Source of the DNA: Thraustochytrium aureum | Lineage: Eukaryota | DNA length: 44,145 nucleotides | Reading direction: 5' to 3' | Assembly: GCA_012862495.1 (NCBI GenBank) | Contig: BLSG01000330.1 | Span: forward strand, 80,588 to 124,732 | Shown here: piece after piece, positions 11,801 to 24,800 of the stretch | Position numbering within the stretch: the stretch's first letter is position 1 | How the letters are laid out: each line of letters opens with the position of its first letter | The notes under the pieces: model-generated | Told to the model about the DNA's origin: nothing | The model's input: only the letters and a program-made list of their open reading frames with translations | The model's database searches: none | Program-made: the position numbers and the translations under genes

Positions 11801-13533
11801 TCGAATCGTCGCGCGCTCTCGGCAAAGTCGGCCGCCACTTTGTCATCCATCTCGCTCGTCGCGGCGAGCAATGCTCGTCCATAATGCAGCGTCCCGCATT
11901 CGGGCCACTGCCAGGAGAGCGTCGCGGTANNNNNNNNNNNNNNNNNNNNNNNNNNNNNNNNNNNNNNNNNNNNNNNNNNNNNNNNNNNNNNNNNNNNNNN
12001 NNNNNNNNNNNNNNNNNNNNNNNNNNNNNNNNNNNNNNNNNNNNNNNNNNNNNNNNNNNNNNNNNNNNNNNNNNNNNNNNNNNNNNNNNNNNNNNNNNNN
12101 NNNNNNNNNNNNNNNNNNNNNNNNNNNNNNNNNNNNNNNNNNNNNNNNNNGTCGCGGTACCGCTCTTTGAGGGCCGCAACGCTCTGTTTGCCACTATTTG
12201 GGCCTAAATGAGAATACACGAGCTTGACCCACGGCTCCTCGAGCGCAGCTTGCAGCCGGAGCTTTTGGGCTGCTTTCGCACGCCCCACGCGCCTCCCGCA
12301 GCACCCGCGATAGAGACGCTGCAACGCCAGCGCGCCTACGTTTCTTGATGCGTGCGCCTGTCGGGCAACTTTGTCCGCGCGGAGCGACGCGCAACGCGTG
12401 CGTGCAGCGACCCTTCGAGCAAAGCACTGGATTGCGAGCGACGCGTCCTGGACTGCCCAGAAGCGCGAACGAGCGGCCGCCATTCTTCCAAATCGACCAA
12501 CGTGCATTGCGCACCTTTTCCGGCGGCTTGCGCGGCGCCGAGCGGCCCGGCCGCGCGCCGCAGCTTGGGCTCTCGTCGCAGCACCTTGCATTCGTTCGAC
12601 ACGCCGCTGGGCAGCCACTCTTCGGGAGAGCGCCTGAATCGCTGTCGCAGCGACTCGTTCTTGCTCGCACTTTTCCAGGTAGGCTCTTCTTGCTGCAGCG
12701 CGGCGCCTGCCTCGCATTCCGCGCCACGAGCGCGAGATATCAAGAGCGGCTAGCCTCTCGCGCTTTTCCTGCTCGAGCTTGCGTCTCTGGAGCTGCGCGG
12801 CCCGTGCTCGTCGCTGCGACTGGATCTTGGTCGCAGCCCTATGGCGGAGGGCCTTGATCTCCTGCCGCTTGAGTTCAACGCGGCGCCCCGCGTCGTGAAA
12901 GCGCCACCAGCGCTGGACGGCTGCGGCCGCGAAAGCGCGCTCACGAGGCCCAACTGGTAGAATACGACTTGCTGCTGCGCGAACGCCGGTGCCGCTGGCC
13001 CCGTCTGCATGGCTACTGCTGTTGTTGCTGCACTTTGGGACTTCTGTGCGAGGAAGGCTCGTCTGCAGGAGCTCTTCCAAGAATGCAACCTCGCGAATGC
13101 ACAGCTCGTTTGTCGGAGGCCTTGCAGCCTTATGGCGCAGGGGTTTAAGTGTCCCTATCCCGAGCCGCGCTTGTTGCTCGAGGATCTCGATTGCGAAAGA
13201 GTCGAGTACAGCGTGCCCCCCCCTCTGGCGCGCACTTGCTGTCGCTGGTGCGCGCTTGCGCTTCAACGGCCGCAGCCCTGCGGCAGGGGCTTGCAGCCCC
13301 AGCGACCTCGACGGAGCTCTTTCGCGACGGCCGAGTCCCTTCTCGCGCCTCGGCCACGTCGTCCCACTCGGGGCTTTCCCAGCATCAGCGCCCCCAGGCC
13401 TCCGTCCGCGTCCGGCATGGGTCTTGCCCTTCATGGCACCAGTTGGTTTCGAGCGCGCCTTGGGGTTGCGCCGGTGCGTGGCGCCCTTGAGGGCCGGCAA
13501 CTCGGGCATCCCGGACATTGAAGTCACGTCCAT
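8889..13533 (-). CDS. Large IQ calmodulin-binding motif protein with C-terminal TPR-like helices; spans gap 11930-12150 and a frameshift at ~11515
   Basis: Many IQ-like motifs (AAAVQRWWR, ATKIQSQRR, ATAIQALSRR, ALQRLYRG, ATHIQRVIRG, MQAAWRG, RLQRCWRS) and a TPR-like end (VFLNLGLMLAF..AMVERALRLDP). The two ORFs join as FGPLFENRAMDLGG if one C is removed from the C5 run (G5 at 11513-11517 on +). Confidence 0.75.
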
Positions 13534-13878
13534 TGCGAGGCGCGCTTCGTGGACACAACCTGGCGTCGCGCGCCCTCTTGCGCGCTGCGGCGCTGACCCC
13601 GAGGACCTCGGCTCGGAAGACGCAAGCCTGCCACAAAACCAACGGCTAAGTAGTGCAACTTGAACTTCTCACACATGTATTTTTGATCAAGACCAAATTT
13701 AAGGAGGCTCTTGGCAAATGCAAAAATGGGTGCTTTAAGGAGATGCGCCAAAGGAGTGAAGATGGGCGGACGGACGCGCACTTGGAGCGCGGCAGAATCG
13801 ACCAGAGACCCTGCCCGGCGAGGCAAGCAGCGCGGTCCACTTGGGCGTTTGAGGTGGCCTGCGCAACTGCGTTTCGGC

Positions 13879-15126
13879 ATGCAGGTGGCACAAGGCGCGC
13901 CGGGCGTCGGCGAGGTCGGTGGCACGGACGAAGGCGCGGCCAACTTGAAACGCGTCAATGGGCTGCTGCAGAGCCTCGCTGAGCCGCTCGAACGCAGACG
14001 AGCCGCCGGCCTGGCGAGGAAGCTCACGGTGCGACCTGGCCTCGTCGACTTTTGCAGCAATGACTACCTGGGACTTGCGCGAGCTTGCGAGCTGCAGCGC
14101 GCCTTGGAGGAAGAGTGGGCCTGCGTCAAGTCGGAGCCGCTTGGGTCCACCGGGTCAAGGCTATTAACCGGCAACAGCGCCTACCACGAGCAAGTTGAAA
14201 AGGAGCTTCGCGAGTTTTACAAAGGCGAGTCCGCACTGCTGTTCAACTCAGGGTACGACCTCAACCTCGGGCTCATGTCCGCCGTGCCCCAGCCGGGCGA
14301 CATTGTCCTCTTCGACGAGCTCATGCACAACTCCGTGCGCGAAGGGCTCCGCCTCTCGCGGTCCAAGTCGCAGGCTTTCCGCCATAACGACGTTGCCGAT
14401 CTGCGCGGCATCCTGGCAGACCTCGCAGCAAAGCAGTTTGCTGGCAACATCATCGTCTCGGTCGAGTCGGTCTACTCCATGGACGGGCACTTGGCCCCGC
14501 TCGCCGAGCTCTGTGCTGTGTGCCGCGAGTTCGGTGCCAGCTTGGTCGTGGACGAGGCCCACGGCGTCGGCGTCTTTGGCCAAGGCGGCCGCGGCCTCGT
14601 CGCGCAGCTTGGCCTGGAGGCCGACGTGTTTTGCAGGGTCTGCACGTTTGGCAAGGCGGTCGGCGCCCACGGCGCCGTGCTCGTGGGGCCCGCCGTGCTG
14701 CGCGAGTACATGGTCAACTATTGCCGCCCGCTTATCTACTCGACCTCGCTCCCGGCGCACTCGCTTGCCGCCGTCCGCGCCGCGCACCTCTTCATGGCGC
14801 GCGAAGCAAGCGCGCGACAGGAGCGCTTGAACCGCCTTATAGCTGTATTTCGCGCTGGCCTCGAGGCCCACCCCGTGCTCAAGCCGCGCTCGCTTGCGTC
14901 TCCGTCGGCCATTCAAGGCGTCGTGGTGCCCGGCAACGCAGAGGTTGTGCGTTGCGCCGCGCACATGCAATCCCGGGGCTGGGACATCTTGCCCATCCGA
15001 AGCCCGACGGTGCCAAAGGGCCTCGAGCGGCTGCGGATCATTTTGCACGAGCACAACTCGGAGGACGAGGTTGTGCGCTTGGTTGCCGACCTGGCAGCCT
15101 TTTGCGGTTCGGCAGGAGCGCTTTAA
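13879..15126 (+). CDS. bioF: 8-amino-7-oxononanoate synthase (KAPA synthase), PLP-dependent class II aminotransferase fold
   Basis: DFCSNDYLGL, GSTGSRLLTGN, FNSGYDLN, HNSVREG, FRHND, VESVYSMDG, VDEAHGVG, TFGKA (PLP lysine), RPLIYSTSLP, IRSPTVPKGLERLRI. Start assigned to ATG 13879. Confidence 0.93.
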   Translation: MQVAQGAPGVGEVGGTDEGAANLKRVNGLLQSLAEPLERRRAAGLARKLTVRPGLVDFCSNDYLGLARACELQRALEEEWACVKSEPLGSTGSRLLTGNSAYHEQVEKELREFYKGESALLFNSGYDLNLGLMSAVPQPGDIVLFDELMHNSVREGLRLSRSKSQAFRHNDVADLRGILADLAAKQFAGNIIVSVESVYSMDGHLAPLAELCAVCREFGASLVVDEAHGVGVFGQGGRGLVAQLGLEADVFCRVCTFGKAVGAHGAVLVGPAVLREYMVNYCRPLIYSTSLPAHSLAAVRAAHLFMAREASARQERLNRLIAVFRAGLEAHPVLKPRSLASPSAIQGVVVPGNAEVVRCAAHMQSRGWDILPIRSPTVPKGLERLRIILHEHNSEDEVVRLVADLAAFCGSAGAL

Positions 15127-15801
15127 AAAAAACCGCAAGATTAGATGAGACCCAAGTTCACCTCGGGCGGTCGCCATGCCGAAACGCAGGCAGCGCCAGA
15201 CTGGTCCGAGCGCGCCCATGCTCGGCATGCAACTCCTCGACGAGCCCGCGCGACGCCTCCCGCGTCCACCCATGAAAGTGAACCAATGCAACAGCGTCCC
15301 CGCACAAGAATGGGCGCGCCCAGCCAGGCCATGCCTTGCCTCGACAGTCGGATGGCGCTCGCCTGCGCGGCGGGAGGCCCGCCACGTCGCTGAGCGCGTC
15401 CATGCGTGTGTAGAGGATCCTATCGAGGACAGCAAAACAGGAGAGAAACCCGGAAACCGCAGCACCAGACGAGTGGCGCGCTGCCAGGGACACAAACGCG
15501 CGCCAGGACGCGCTCGGGCAGAGGCGCACGCAACGTCGACCGGTGCGGCGCTAGACGGGCCCGTCGGGCGGGCAATTGCGCTGCTGCGCGACGGCCGCCC
15601 CGCACGAGACGCAGGGAAATTTCGCCATTTTCAGTGGGACTGGGCGAGCTGCTCGCTGCCTTCGGCCAACCTCGAGCGGCCGCACCGTCGCCCCCACCCC
15701 ACTGCCCCCGCGGCGGCTGGCCCCGAGACGCCGGGAAAGAGACACCAAGGACGCGGCGCGGCGGGGCTCGCCGCAGCCCATGCCATTCGGCGCGCGACGG
15801 G

Positions 15802-18800
15802 ATGGACGGCGACGATGACGGCGAAGTGGGGTTCNNNNNNNNNNNNNNNNNNNNNNNNNNNNNNNNNNNNNNNNNNNNNNNNNNNNNNNNNNNNNNNNNN
15901 NNNNNNNNNNNNNNNNNNNNNNNNNNNNNNNNNNNNNNNNNNNNNCGCGTCGCCGCATACCCAGGAGAGCGGGAGTACCGAGAACGAGTGGGAGAGCGTC
16001 GGCTTTGCAACGCCGGGCGGCTCGGAAACCTTGCAGCCGTTTGGGACCCCTGAAGCGCTTGACTTTGGCGAGCTTGCCTTGCCACCCTCCTCTCACCCGG
16101 CTGGCCTTCAGCGTGAGCGCAGCCTCCTCGGGAGCACCCGGCACATGTATGGGAACCGCCGTCTAGACAGCAGCGATTCCGTGGCGAGCAGCAAGCTCGT
16201 GATGAGTTACGACGGTGCTAGTGGCAGGGAACTGCCGCCGCGCTGGCGCGAGTTCTTGCGGCTCTTCAAGGACCACGAGCCCAGTGAAGCACTTGACAAG
16301 GTCTTTGACTCGCTGTTGGATCGTCAGCATGTCGACGCGCACGGCGCTCAGGCGCTTCGAGAGTCGCGGCTCCAACTGGCTCCGGTGATTCGACGCAGCG
16401 CGGACCTCAACTTTGTTTTGTTCGAGCTGCTCGTCCGCCTCAACGACCGCCCAGCGCTGCAGTCCGAGATACTTGACCGGCTGAGTGGACTCGCAGCTAG
16501 CAGCGAAGGCAACATGGCCATGTGCCAGAGGGAGCACCTGCTTGTCCAGCTGCTCGCCCGCCTTTTCGGCGGGGGCGCTGGCGAGGCGCACGGGTCTGCC
16601 GTGGCGGGAGCCGCGCAACACGTTTGGGACTTGGACAGGCTCAAGGGCACCGTCCGAGAGCGCCTGCTCCGCTTTGTGGTGGTCTTAGGTGCGCACTCTT
16701 GCTCGCAAGAGGCGTTTGCTTTGCTCTTCCGGCCTCTTCGGTCGTGGCGGACAGCACCGCGTCGCGAAAAGCTCCGCGGGTTCCTCGCGATCGACACGAT
16801 GCGCGCCGTCATGGCCGCTGCGGCAAGCGCGGCTGCCCCCGAGTGCTACCTGCAGCTGCAGCCAGGACCTGACGGCCCATGCGCGCTCCTCGCTTCGCGC
16901 GTTGCGCGCGCCTCGTCAGACGCGGGCGCTGCCGGGACGGGTCTGGCGCCTTTCCCGCCAGCGGGCTTCACATTCAGCATATGGTTTCGCGTGCAGCCCG
17001 ATGGCGCAGCGCAGCCTGTCCCAGGTTTCTCTCGGCCCCCAATAGCAAAGCCAAGCAAGTGCGGCGCTGCGGCAAGCCCCGAGGAGACGCAGTTCTCGTT
17101 TGAGGACGTGATGGAGGCAGAGCTTCACAGTCAGCTAAACCGCTCGCCGCAGAGCTCGCCGTTAGCTGGGTTCTCCACCTCGTCGAGCGACAAGCTTGCT
17201 TGCTTGTTTTGCATGCGTAGCGCAGGGACGGCGCGGGGTTCGAGATTCTTCTCTGCGGCGGAGACCACCCCGGCCAAGAAGCTAGTGGCGGCCTCGTGCG
17301 CGACCTGGTTCTTCGCTCTCACTCTGCTAACGGGGTGTCGGCTAGCGAGAGAGTTCCAGGTGTGCGGCTCTCGACGAGCTCTGCAGAAAACCTCGGCGGT
17401 TGGCACTGCCTATGCGTGACGCTCGCACCGCCGTCGTTCATGTGGCGCCCAAAGCTGTGCGTCTACCTTGATGGATCGAGGATACACGAGAGCTCGTTGG
17501 CATATCCAAAATCGCCCCATCTAAACTGCCCTTCGGGCGCGTCCGCGTCACCGCCTCCTCCCAAGCCCCCAAGCGTTGCGGAGGTGCGACCCCGTTTGAG
17601 CGGGCCCCCTGATGGGGACGGCAGCAGCGCCGTTGCGGCCGATGGACAACGCCGACAATCGCCCGCTGACAAATCACTGCGCAAAGCCGCCAGCAAGGTG
17701 ATCATCGCAATCGGGGCCGCGATCGACCTGCGGCCAAGCGCAACGCGCCCGCGCCAAGGATCTCAGCCACTGCGTTGGGGCTTTGCTGGCCAGTTTGCGC
17801 GCACAATGCTCATCGCTGAGGCCCTCAGCCACGACCGCGTGCTCAAGCTGCACGACCTCCAGACGCGCCAAGATGGCTTTGCGCTCGTGCGCCCGCATCA
17901 ACTCGACCCGGTGGCCGAAGACGACGCCAACGGGACGGGGCGCGATCGGCGCGACAGCGATTCGGCCGGGGCCCAAGCTTTCCAAGGACCTTCCGAGCTC
18001 CCGGAAGCGGCTTGTTCAGTGCCGCCAGACATGCACCGCGGGTCGTTTGGGGCAATACAGGAGCGCTGGGACCAGCTCCGCTACCAAGCGCGGCGCCGTC
18101 AGGCCTGGCGGCGAGCGGCCCGGGCCTGGTGCGCCTTGCCGCAGGAGCTGTACGACAAAGTTGTCTTCAGCTACGATGCCCATCTGGTCGCTGAGGGGAG
18201 CACAATGACCGACGCTGGTGCGCTCGTTTGCATCGACGGAGGGCCTTTGGGAACGCGCGCTGTGCTCCACCGCCCAACGAAGGCCCTGGCAGTGCTTGCG
18301 AGACGGTCCAACCTCAGCGACCAGCTCGCTTGCTCGGGTGGCGTGGAGAGGTTTCTCCCCATGCTCCTCGAATGCATACATTCGCACGAGAGCCCTAAGC
18401 GCAGCAGAGGTCGCGACGCAAATTGCTCTGTCAATGCCGCGATCCTTGCGCGCGTCGTTGGGCTTTTGGCGGACTTCATTTCGCTTGAGGTTTGTCGGGC
18501 GGCAGGCTCGCGCCTCAGCGCGGGTGGCGTCTTCTGGCTCACGCAAAAGGGCCCCGAGACGATTGAGCTCGTTCGCTCGGTCCTTGCAAGGTGTTGCGCG
18601 AACGCGCTGACCGTGGAGCTCATAATGGCCGTTGCTGCACTTGCCGACACTCTCTCGATGCTGAGCGCGGCACGAGGGCCGCACGGCAAGCTCTATGCTG
18701 GACAAGCAGCCGATCGAGCTGGCACGGTTGCGGGCGCCGCGGCAGACTTGGGCTCCGGCGCAGACTCCTCTCCCGCCTTCGCCGACTTGGAGACTGCAGC

Positions 18801-21800
18801 GGCGTACCGCGAGCTCGACATTTCATGCACGCGGCTGTTGTTCGACTTTGCGGTCTGGTCGAGTGCCCCAGTTGTGGTCCAGGCCTCGCTTTTCCGAATT
18901 CTTCACCACTATTTGCGCCGGCGTTTTGCGTTCGTGCGTGAGAACGTCGGCGTGCGCTCGCTGTTGGACGCCATCCGGCTCTACTACTACCCCGGCGACG
19001 ACCCCCCGGCCGCTGCCTGCGGAGCAACTGGCGGCACTGGGCCTCCGCTGCGTCGTGCCTGCAAGCCGCACCTCTCCCGAGACGATGTGATGCGATGCCG
19101 CCGCGCCGTCATTGGGTTACTCGACGTGCTTATTTGCGGCGCTCCAAGCGGCCGCGATCTCGNNNNNNNNNNNNNNNNNNNNNNNNNNNNNNNNNNNNNN
19201 NNNNNNNNNNNNNNNNNNNNNNNNNNNNNNNNNNNNNNNNNNNNNNNNNNNNNNNNNNNNNNNNNNNNNNNNNNNNNNNNNNNNNNNNNNNNNNNNNNNN
19301 NNNNNNNNNNNNNNNNNNNNNNNNNNNNNNNNNNNNNNNNNNNNNNNNNNNNNNNNNNNNNNNNNNNNNNNNNNNNNNNNNNNNNNNNNNNNGACGTGCT
19401 TATTTGCGGCGCTCCAAGCGGCCGCGATCTCGCGGCGGAGGACTTTGCAAGTGAGCCCACGCCGACCAACGGTCTCGGGTGGAGCGACGCCCTCGCACCC
19501 TACTTGCTCAACCCCTTTGGTGTGATGAGCCCGCCGGCGCGCCCGCTCGCCTCTGGCGCCAACGGGTCTAGCCGAACTGCTGAAGCGCTCGACTTTGTCG
19601 ACCTGCAGCACGTCCTGCATTTTTGCCAAGCCCAGCGAGCCAACCCTGACGAGAGCGCCGATGTGATGCAGTTCTTAGTTTCGCTCGTGTCACGCACTCG
19701 TGACGGCGCGCTTCCAGGGCTCCTGCAGTTTGCTCAAACGCAAGGCAACCTTTTGCCGCTTTGGCCCCTTCTCGCGCTCGGCCCCGAGTGCGACGAGCTT
19801 CGCGTGCTCACTGTCCGCCTCGTACACGTCTACGCCCTTCGCACGGGGAACAGTGACAGCCCGCGACCAGCACAAGAGGGCGCCTCGCTGGGGCCCATGG
19901 ACGGCCCCTTCTGTTTTGAGCCAGAGCACGCGGCCTACATGTCGACTTTGATCGAGCGCGGAGGCGCGCCGACGCTGCCGCTCGTGGAGGAGCTCTTATC
20001 TTTTGCCGTCGGCGACGAGCTCAACGCGTCGGGGGAAACGTTGCGGCGATCCTCGGTGCCGCGCATTCGCTTCCCTCTCCTCCTACGAACCGTTCTAGAG
20101 TCGCTTTGCAACGAGCAGGCCGCACCGGCGCTCCGCTCCACGGTTCTCGCAAGGCTTGCGGCGCTACTCGACCCGCCTGCATCCGCCGACGGCGTGCACA
20201 ATCGGCACATGTTCACGCGAGTGAGGGGCTGGCAGCGGTGGCTTGTTGCACTTTGCCTTGACCCGAGAGCGGGACAAGACGTCCGCGAGCCAGCAACCGA
20301 AATCCTATGCACAGGGCTCTTCCACCGCCTTCTTGGAGCTTCTGGCGGAATGATGTCGGTAGGCCCAGCCGGTTCGCTGGGCGCAGGCGGTGTGAACGAC
20401 GTGCCAGCTCGGGAAAGCAGCATTCCACCCACCGCTCCAGCGCCAGACCATGTCCCGCCTCGTGCTCAATCGAGCGCTCCTGAGGGCTGGGCCGCCGGCG
20501 AGCAGGGAGACGACGCGGCTTCCGAAGACGCTGGCGGGACTTCTCCCTCCAAGCTAGCTAGCAAGATCGGGTCTACAACTTCGCAATGGTTGCACGGAAT
20601 GGCGCGCAAGGCTTATACGGCCAAAGGCATGCCGTCCGCGCTCGCCGTGGACACCGACGGCGCACAGCGACCTGCCCCGAGGCAAGAACTTGGAGTAGAC
20701 GGTTTCTCGCCGGCAAGCAATGCCATCATCTACCCACGCTCCGAGCGCGAGCGCGAGCTGTCCGCGACGCTCGCACACATCGACCTCGCTGGAGCGGAGC
20801 GCGGGGAAGCCGAACTCGCCGCTCGCCTGCGAAACTCGCTTCTCTGCAAACTCGTCACGCGCGCAGTGCAGCTCGTCCGACAGGCAGACGCCGGGTTTGC
20901 GCCAGCGCTAAAGGTCATCCAACTCACTCGCGACCAACTCGACGAGATTTGTCTTGTTGCGTGTGCTGAGCTGGCGGCAACCAAGCAAAGCATGTGCGCC
21001 GTTGCGGAGGAGCTGCGAAGCATCCCTGCTGTTGCCCAACCGGGCCGCGACGACTGCGGACTTGCTGAGCTACGGGCGCGCGCAGCGTTGTTGTGGACGC
21101 TGCTCGCGCGGCTTGATGCGCCACCCGAACGAAGAGGAGCTGCGCCTCCGCAGCATCTCATTGCAACAAGCGACAGCGCGTGGACAAACCGCCGAGCGCG
21201 ATTGCGCGACGAAGGAAAGCGCCCGGCCGCCCTCGCGCGATGGAGCGCGCTTCTTGCGAGCACGGGGCCCGAGCTCCTGGGCATGGGGCTTGCTCTTGGT
21301 CCGCAGGGCGCTGCTGCAAAGGCTTGCCTTGCGGGACTCCCTGCCGCGCCGAGAAAAGCTGGCGCCACTGTCGAGCCAACGCAGCGGCACAGCGAGGAGA
21401 ACAATGTCGAGGTGTCCGCGGCAGCCGCTAGGCCGGACCCGCCGGGCGGCCTGCTTTGGCGTGCTGTGGATGCTCTCGTCGCAGAGCTGCAAGAGCGAAT
21501 CAGACGTGGTGACAAAGGCCAAGAGACCGCCGCGCTCATTTCAAGCCTGGGGCTCGCCCTTGAGCGTAGCGGCTTGCTCGCCGCGGGGGCGTTAACGTCG
21601 CTGCAGCGCGGGTCGGATTTCGGCGCTCGACATGCGCTCNNNNNNNNNNNNNNNNNNNNNNNNNNNNNNNNNNNNNNNNNNNNNNNNNNNNNNNNNNNNN
21701 NNNNNNNNNNNNNNNNNNNNNNNNNNNNNNNNNNNNNNNNNNNNNNNNNNNNNNNNNNNNNNNNNNNNNNNNNNNNNNNNNNNNNNNNNNNNNNNNNNNN

Positions 21801-24800
21801 NNNNNNNNNNNNNNNNNNNNNNNNNNNNNNNNNNNNNNNNNNNNNNNNNNNNNNNNNNNNNNNNNNNNNNNNNNNNNNNNNNNNNNNNNNNNNNNNNNNN
21901 NNNNNNNNNNNNNNNNNNNNNNNNNNNNNNNNNNNNNNNNNNNNNNNNNNNNNNNNNNNNNNNNNNNNNNNNNNNNNNNNNNNNNNNNNNNNNNNNNNNN
22001 NNNNNNNNNNNNNNNNNNNNNNNNNNNNNNNNNNNNNNNNNNNNNNNNNNNNNNNNNNNNNNNNNNNNNNNNNNNNNNNNNNNNNNNNNNNNNNNNNNNN
22101 NNNNNNNNNNNNNNNNNNNNNNNNNNNNNNNNNNNNNNNNNNNNNNNNNNNNNNNNNNNNNNNNNNNNNNNNNNNNNNNNNNNNNNNNNNNNNNNNNNNN
22201 NNNNNNNNNNNNNNNNNNNNNNNNNNNNNNNNNNNNNNNNNNNNNNNNNNNNNNNNNNNNNNNNNNNNNNNNNNNNNNNNNNNNNNNNNNNNNNNNNNNN
22301 NNNNNNNNNNNNNNNNNNNNNNNNNNNNNNNNNNNNNNNNNNNNNNNNNNNNNNNNNNNNNNNNNNNNNNNNNNNNNNNNNNNNNNNNNNNNNNNNNNNN
22401 NNNNNNNNNNNNNNNNNNNNNNNNNNNNNNNNNNNNNNNNNNNNNCGAGCAGGTCGTGCACTCGACCGAGTGCGAGCTGGTCCTGCCGATGTGTGTCGTG
22501 CGCGGACGGATGGACCTCACAGCAAGCCACATTTACTTTTACGGCGACTTCGTGGCGCCGCCAGGAATGACCACCGACGAGCCATGCTCTTCGGAATTAG
22601 GCTCCAGCAAGACTAGCGGCGGGGCCAGCGTGCGGCGTCGATTGAGTCGGCAGAGCTCTGGGCGGTCGCATGGGAGCGATATGGCCGCTGCAGCTGCCGC
22701 GGCGGCCGCGGCTGCCGCGGTATCTGTTCCAGTTGAGATGCTCCCGCTGGCGGACTGGTGGCGCGACCATTCGGACGTGCTGGAGAGCAAGCTGCGTCCG
22801 CGGCGGTGGGCTTTGGCGGACCTCTGCGACATCCACAGCCGGCGCTATCTCTTGAAGCGTAGCGCGATGGAGATGTTCTTTGCGAATCGCAAGAACTACC
22901 TCTTCAACTTCCGAAGCGTCGCCGAGAACGGGATCGTGTTTGACCGCATCCTCAAGCAGAGACCGCCGCTTCTGTTCGGGGGCGACCCAGACATGACTGG
23001 CCGAGGCAGTCCCTCCGTGAGGCCTGCTGGGGCGCCCACTGGCGCGTCTGGGCGCGGTGGGCGTGGCAAACTATCCACGGTCATGCAAATCCAGGCGCAG
23101 CGTCCGCCGAGCCTCCTCAAGCTGCTGAGCCCGGACAAGATGGTCCAAATGCGGCACGACGCGTGGACGGCCAAGTGGGTCAACTGGGAAATGTCAACAT
23201 TTGAGTACTTGATGTTGCTGAATACTGCGGCAGGGCGAACGTACAACGACCTCACCCAGTACCCAGTGTTCCCGTGGGTCCTGTGCGACTACGAGAGCAC
23301 GTCAATCGATCTCTCGACCCTAAGGTGTACCGCGATCTGAGCAAACCTGTTGGCGCGCTTGAGCCAGGGCGTCTAGAGCGATTCCGAAGCAGAAAGGCGG
23401 CGTACGAGTCCTGCCGCGAGGCGTGCGACGCACCCGCGTTTCTGTACGGCTCCCACTACTCGTCCATCGGCACGGTGCTGTACTTTTTGTTGCGGGTCGA
23501 GCCGTTTGCAACCTACGCAAAGGAGATGCAGGGCGGCCGTTTCGACCACGCGGACCGCCTGTTTCACTCCGTGCAGGAAACGTGGCGAAACTGCCTCACC
23601 TCTGACTCTGACATGAAAGAGCTAGTGCCCGAGTGGTATTACTTTGGCGACCTCTTCATCAACGCCTGCGGGCTCGACCTGGGCGTGCGCCAGGACGACA
23701 CGCGGCTGGGCGACGTGGCGCTTCCGCCGTGGGCGCAGGGCTCTGCAGAGCGCTTTGTTCGAATTAACCGCGACGCCCTAGAGGGCGAAGTGGCGAGCGC
23801 GAACATTCACCAGTGGATCGACCTCATTTTTGGATACAAGCAGCGCGGGTTGGAAGCAGAGCGGGCCGACAACGTCTTCTACTACCTTACTTATGAAGAT
23901 GCCGTCGACATTGACGCCATCACAGACCCGGTTCTCAAGCGGTCCATCGAGACGCACATTGCCAACTTTGGCCAGACTCCGGCGCAGCTGTTTTCGCGGC
24001 CACATCCTCGTCGCAAGCCGCGACCTGCAAAGCTTGCGGCTCGGCCCGCGGTCTTTCTGCAGGCTCAGGGCGCCGCTGGGCTCAACCACTGCACCGGGCC
24101 ATGCGCCGTGTTCTTCCCGCCGGCCGGCCACCGCGAGGTGGTGGCGTCCAAGCTTCGCGTAATGATGGACGTCTACCATGCGCACGAGTCCGCTGCAAGC
24201 GACCGCGACCCCGACGANNNNNNNNNNNNNNNNNNNNNNNNNNNNNNNNNNNNNNNNNNNNNNNNNNNNNNNNNNNNNNNNNNNNNNNNNNNNNNNNNNN
24301 NNNNNNNNNNNNNNNNNNNNNNNNNNNNNNNNNNNNNNNNNNNNNNNNNNNNNNNNNNNNNNNNNNNNNNNNNNNNNNNNNNNNNNNNNNNNNNNNNNGT
24401 GCAGCCGAGCCATTTTGGCGTGGTCGGAGCGGGCAGCAATAAAATCGCTCCGAGGCATGTCGACGCGCCCCACAAGGACACCGTTGCGCCGCACGCGGTG
24501 GCCCAAGCTGCGGCTCAAGCGGCGGCAGGCGTGGCTGCGGGGGCGGCTGCTGAAGCCTTGGCTGGCGCGGCTGCAATCGCCGCGGCGGCTGCAGGCTCGC
24601 CACAGTCGAGTCGGTCGGATGGCGTGCTTGGCGGCACGGAGAGCCCACGATCCGAGCAAGACGTCCAGCCCACAATGAGTGCGCCTCGGAGCCTTTCTGT
24701 TCCGGCGGGGGCGATCGGCGTTCCGATGCCGTCCTTAATTGGGTTCAAAAGGCAGCAGAGCCTCGGAGGGCTCAGCCCAGCGAGTGAGCTCGACCCTTCA

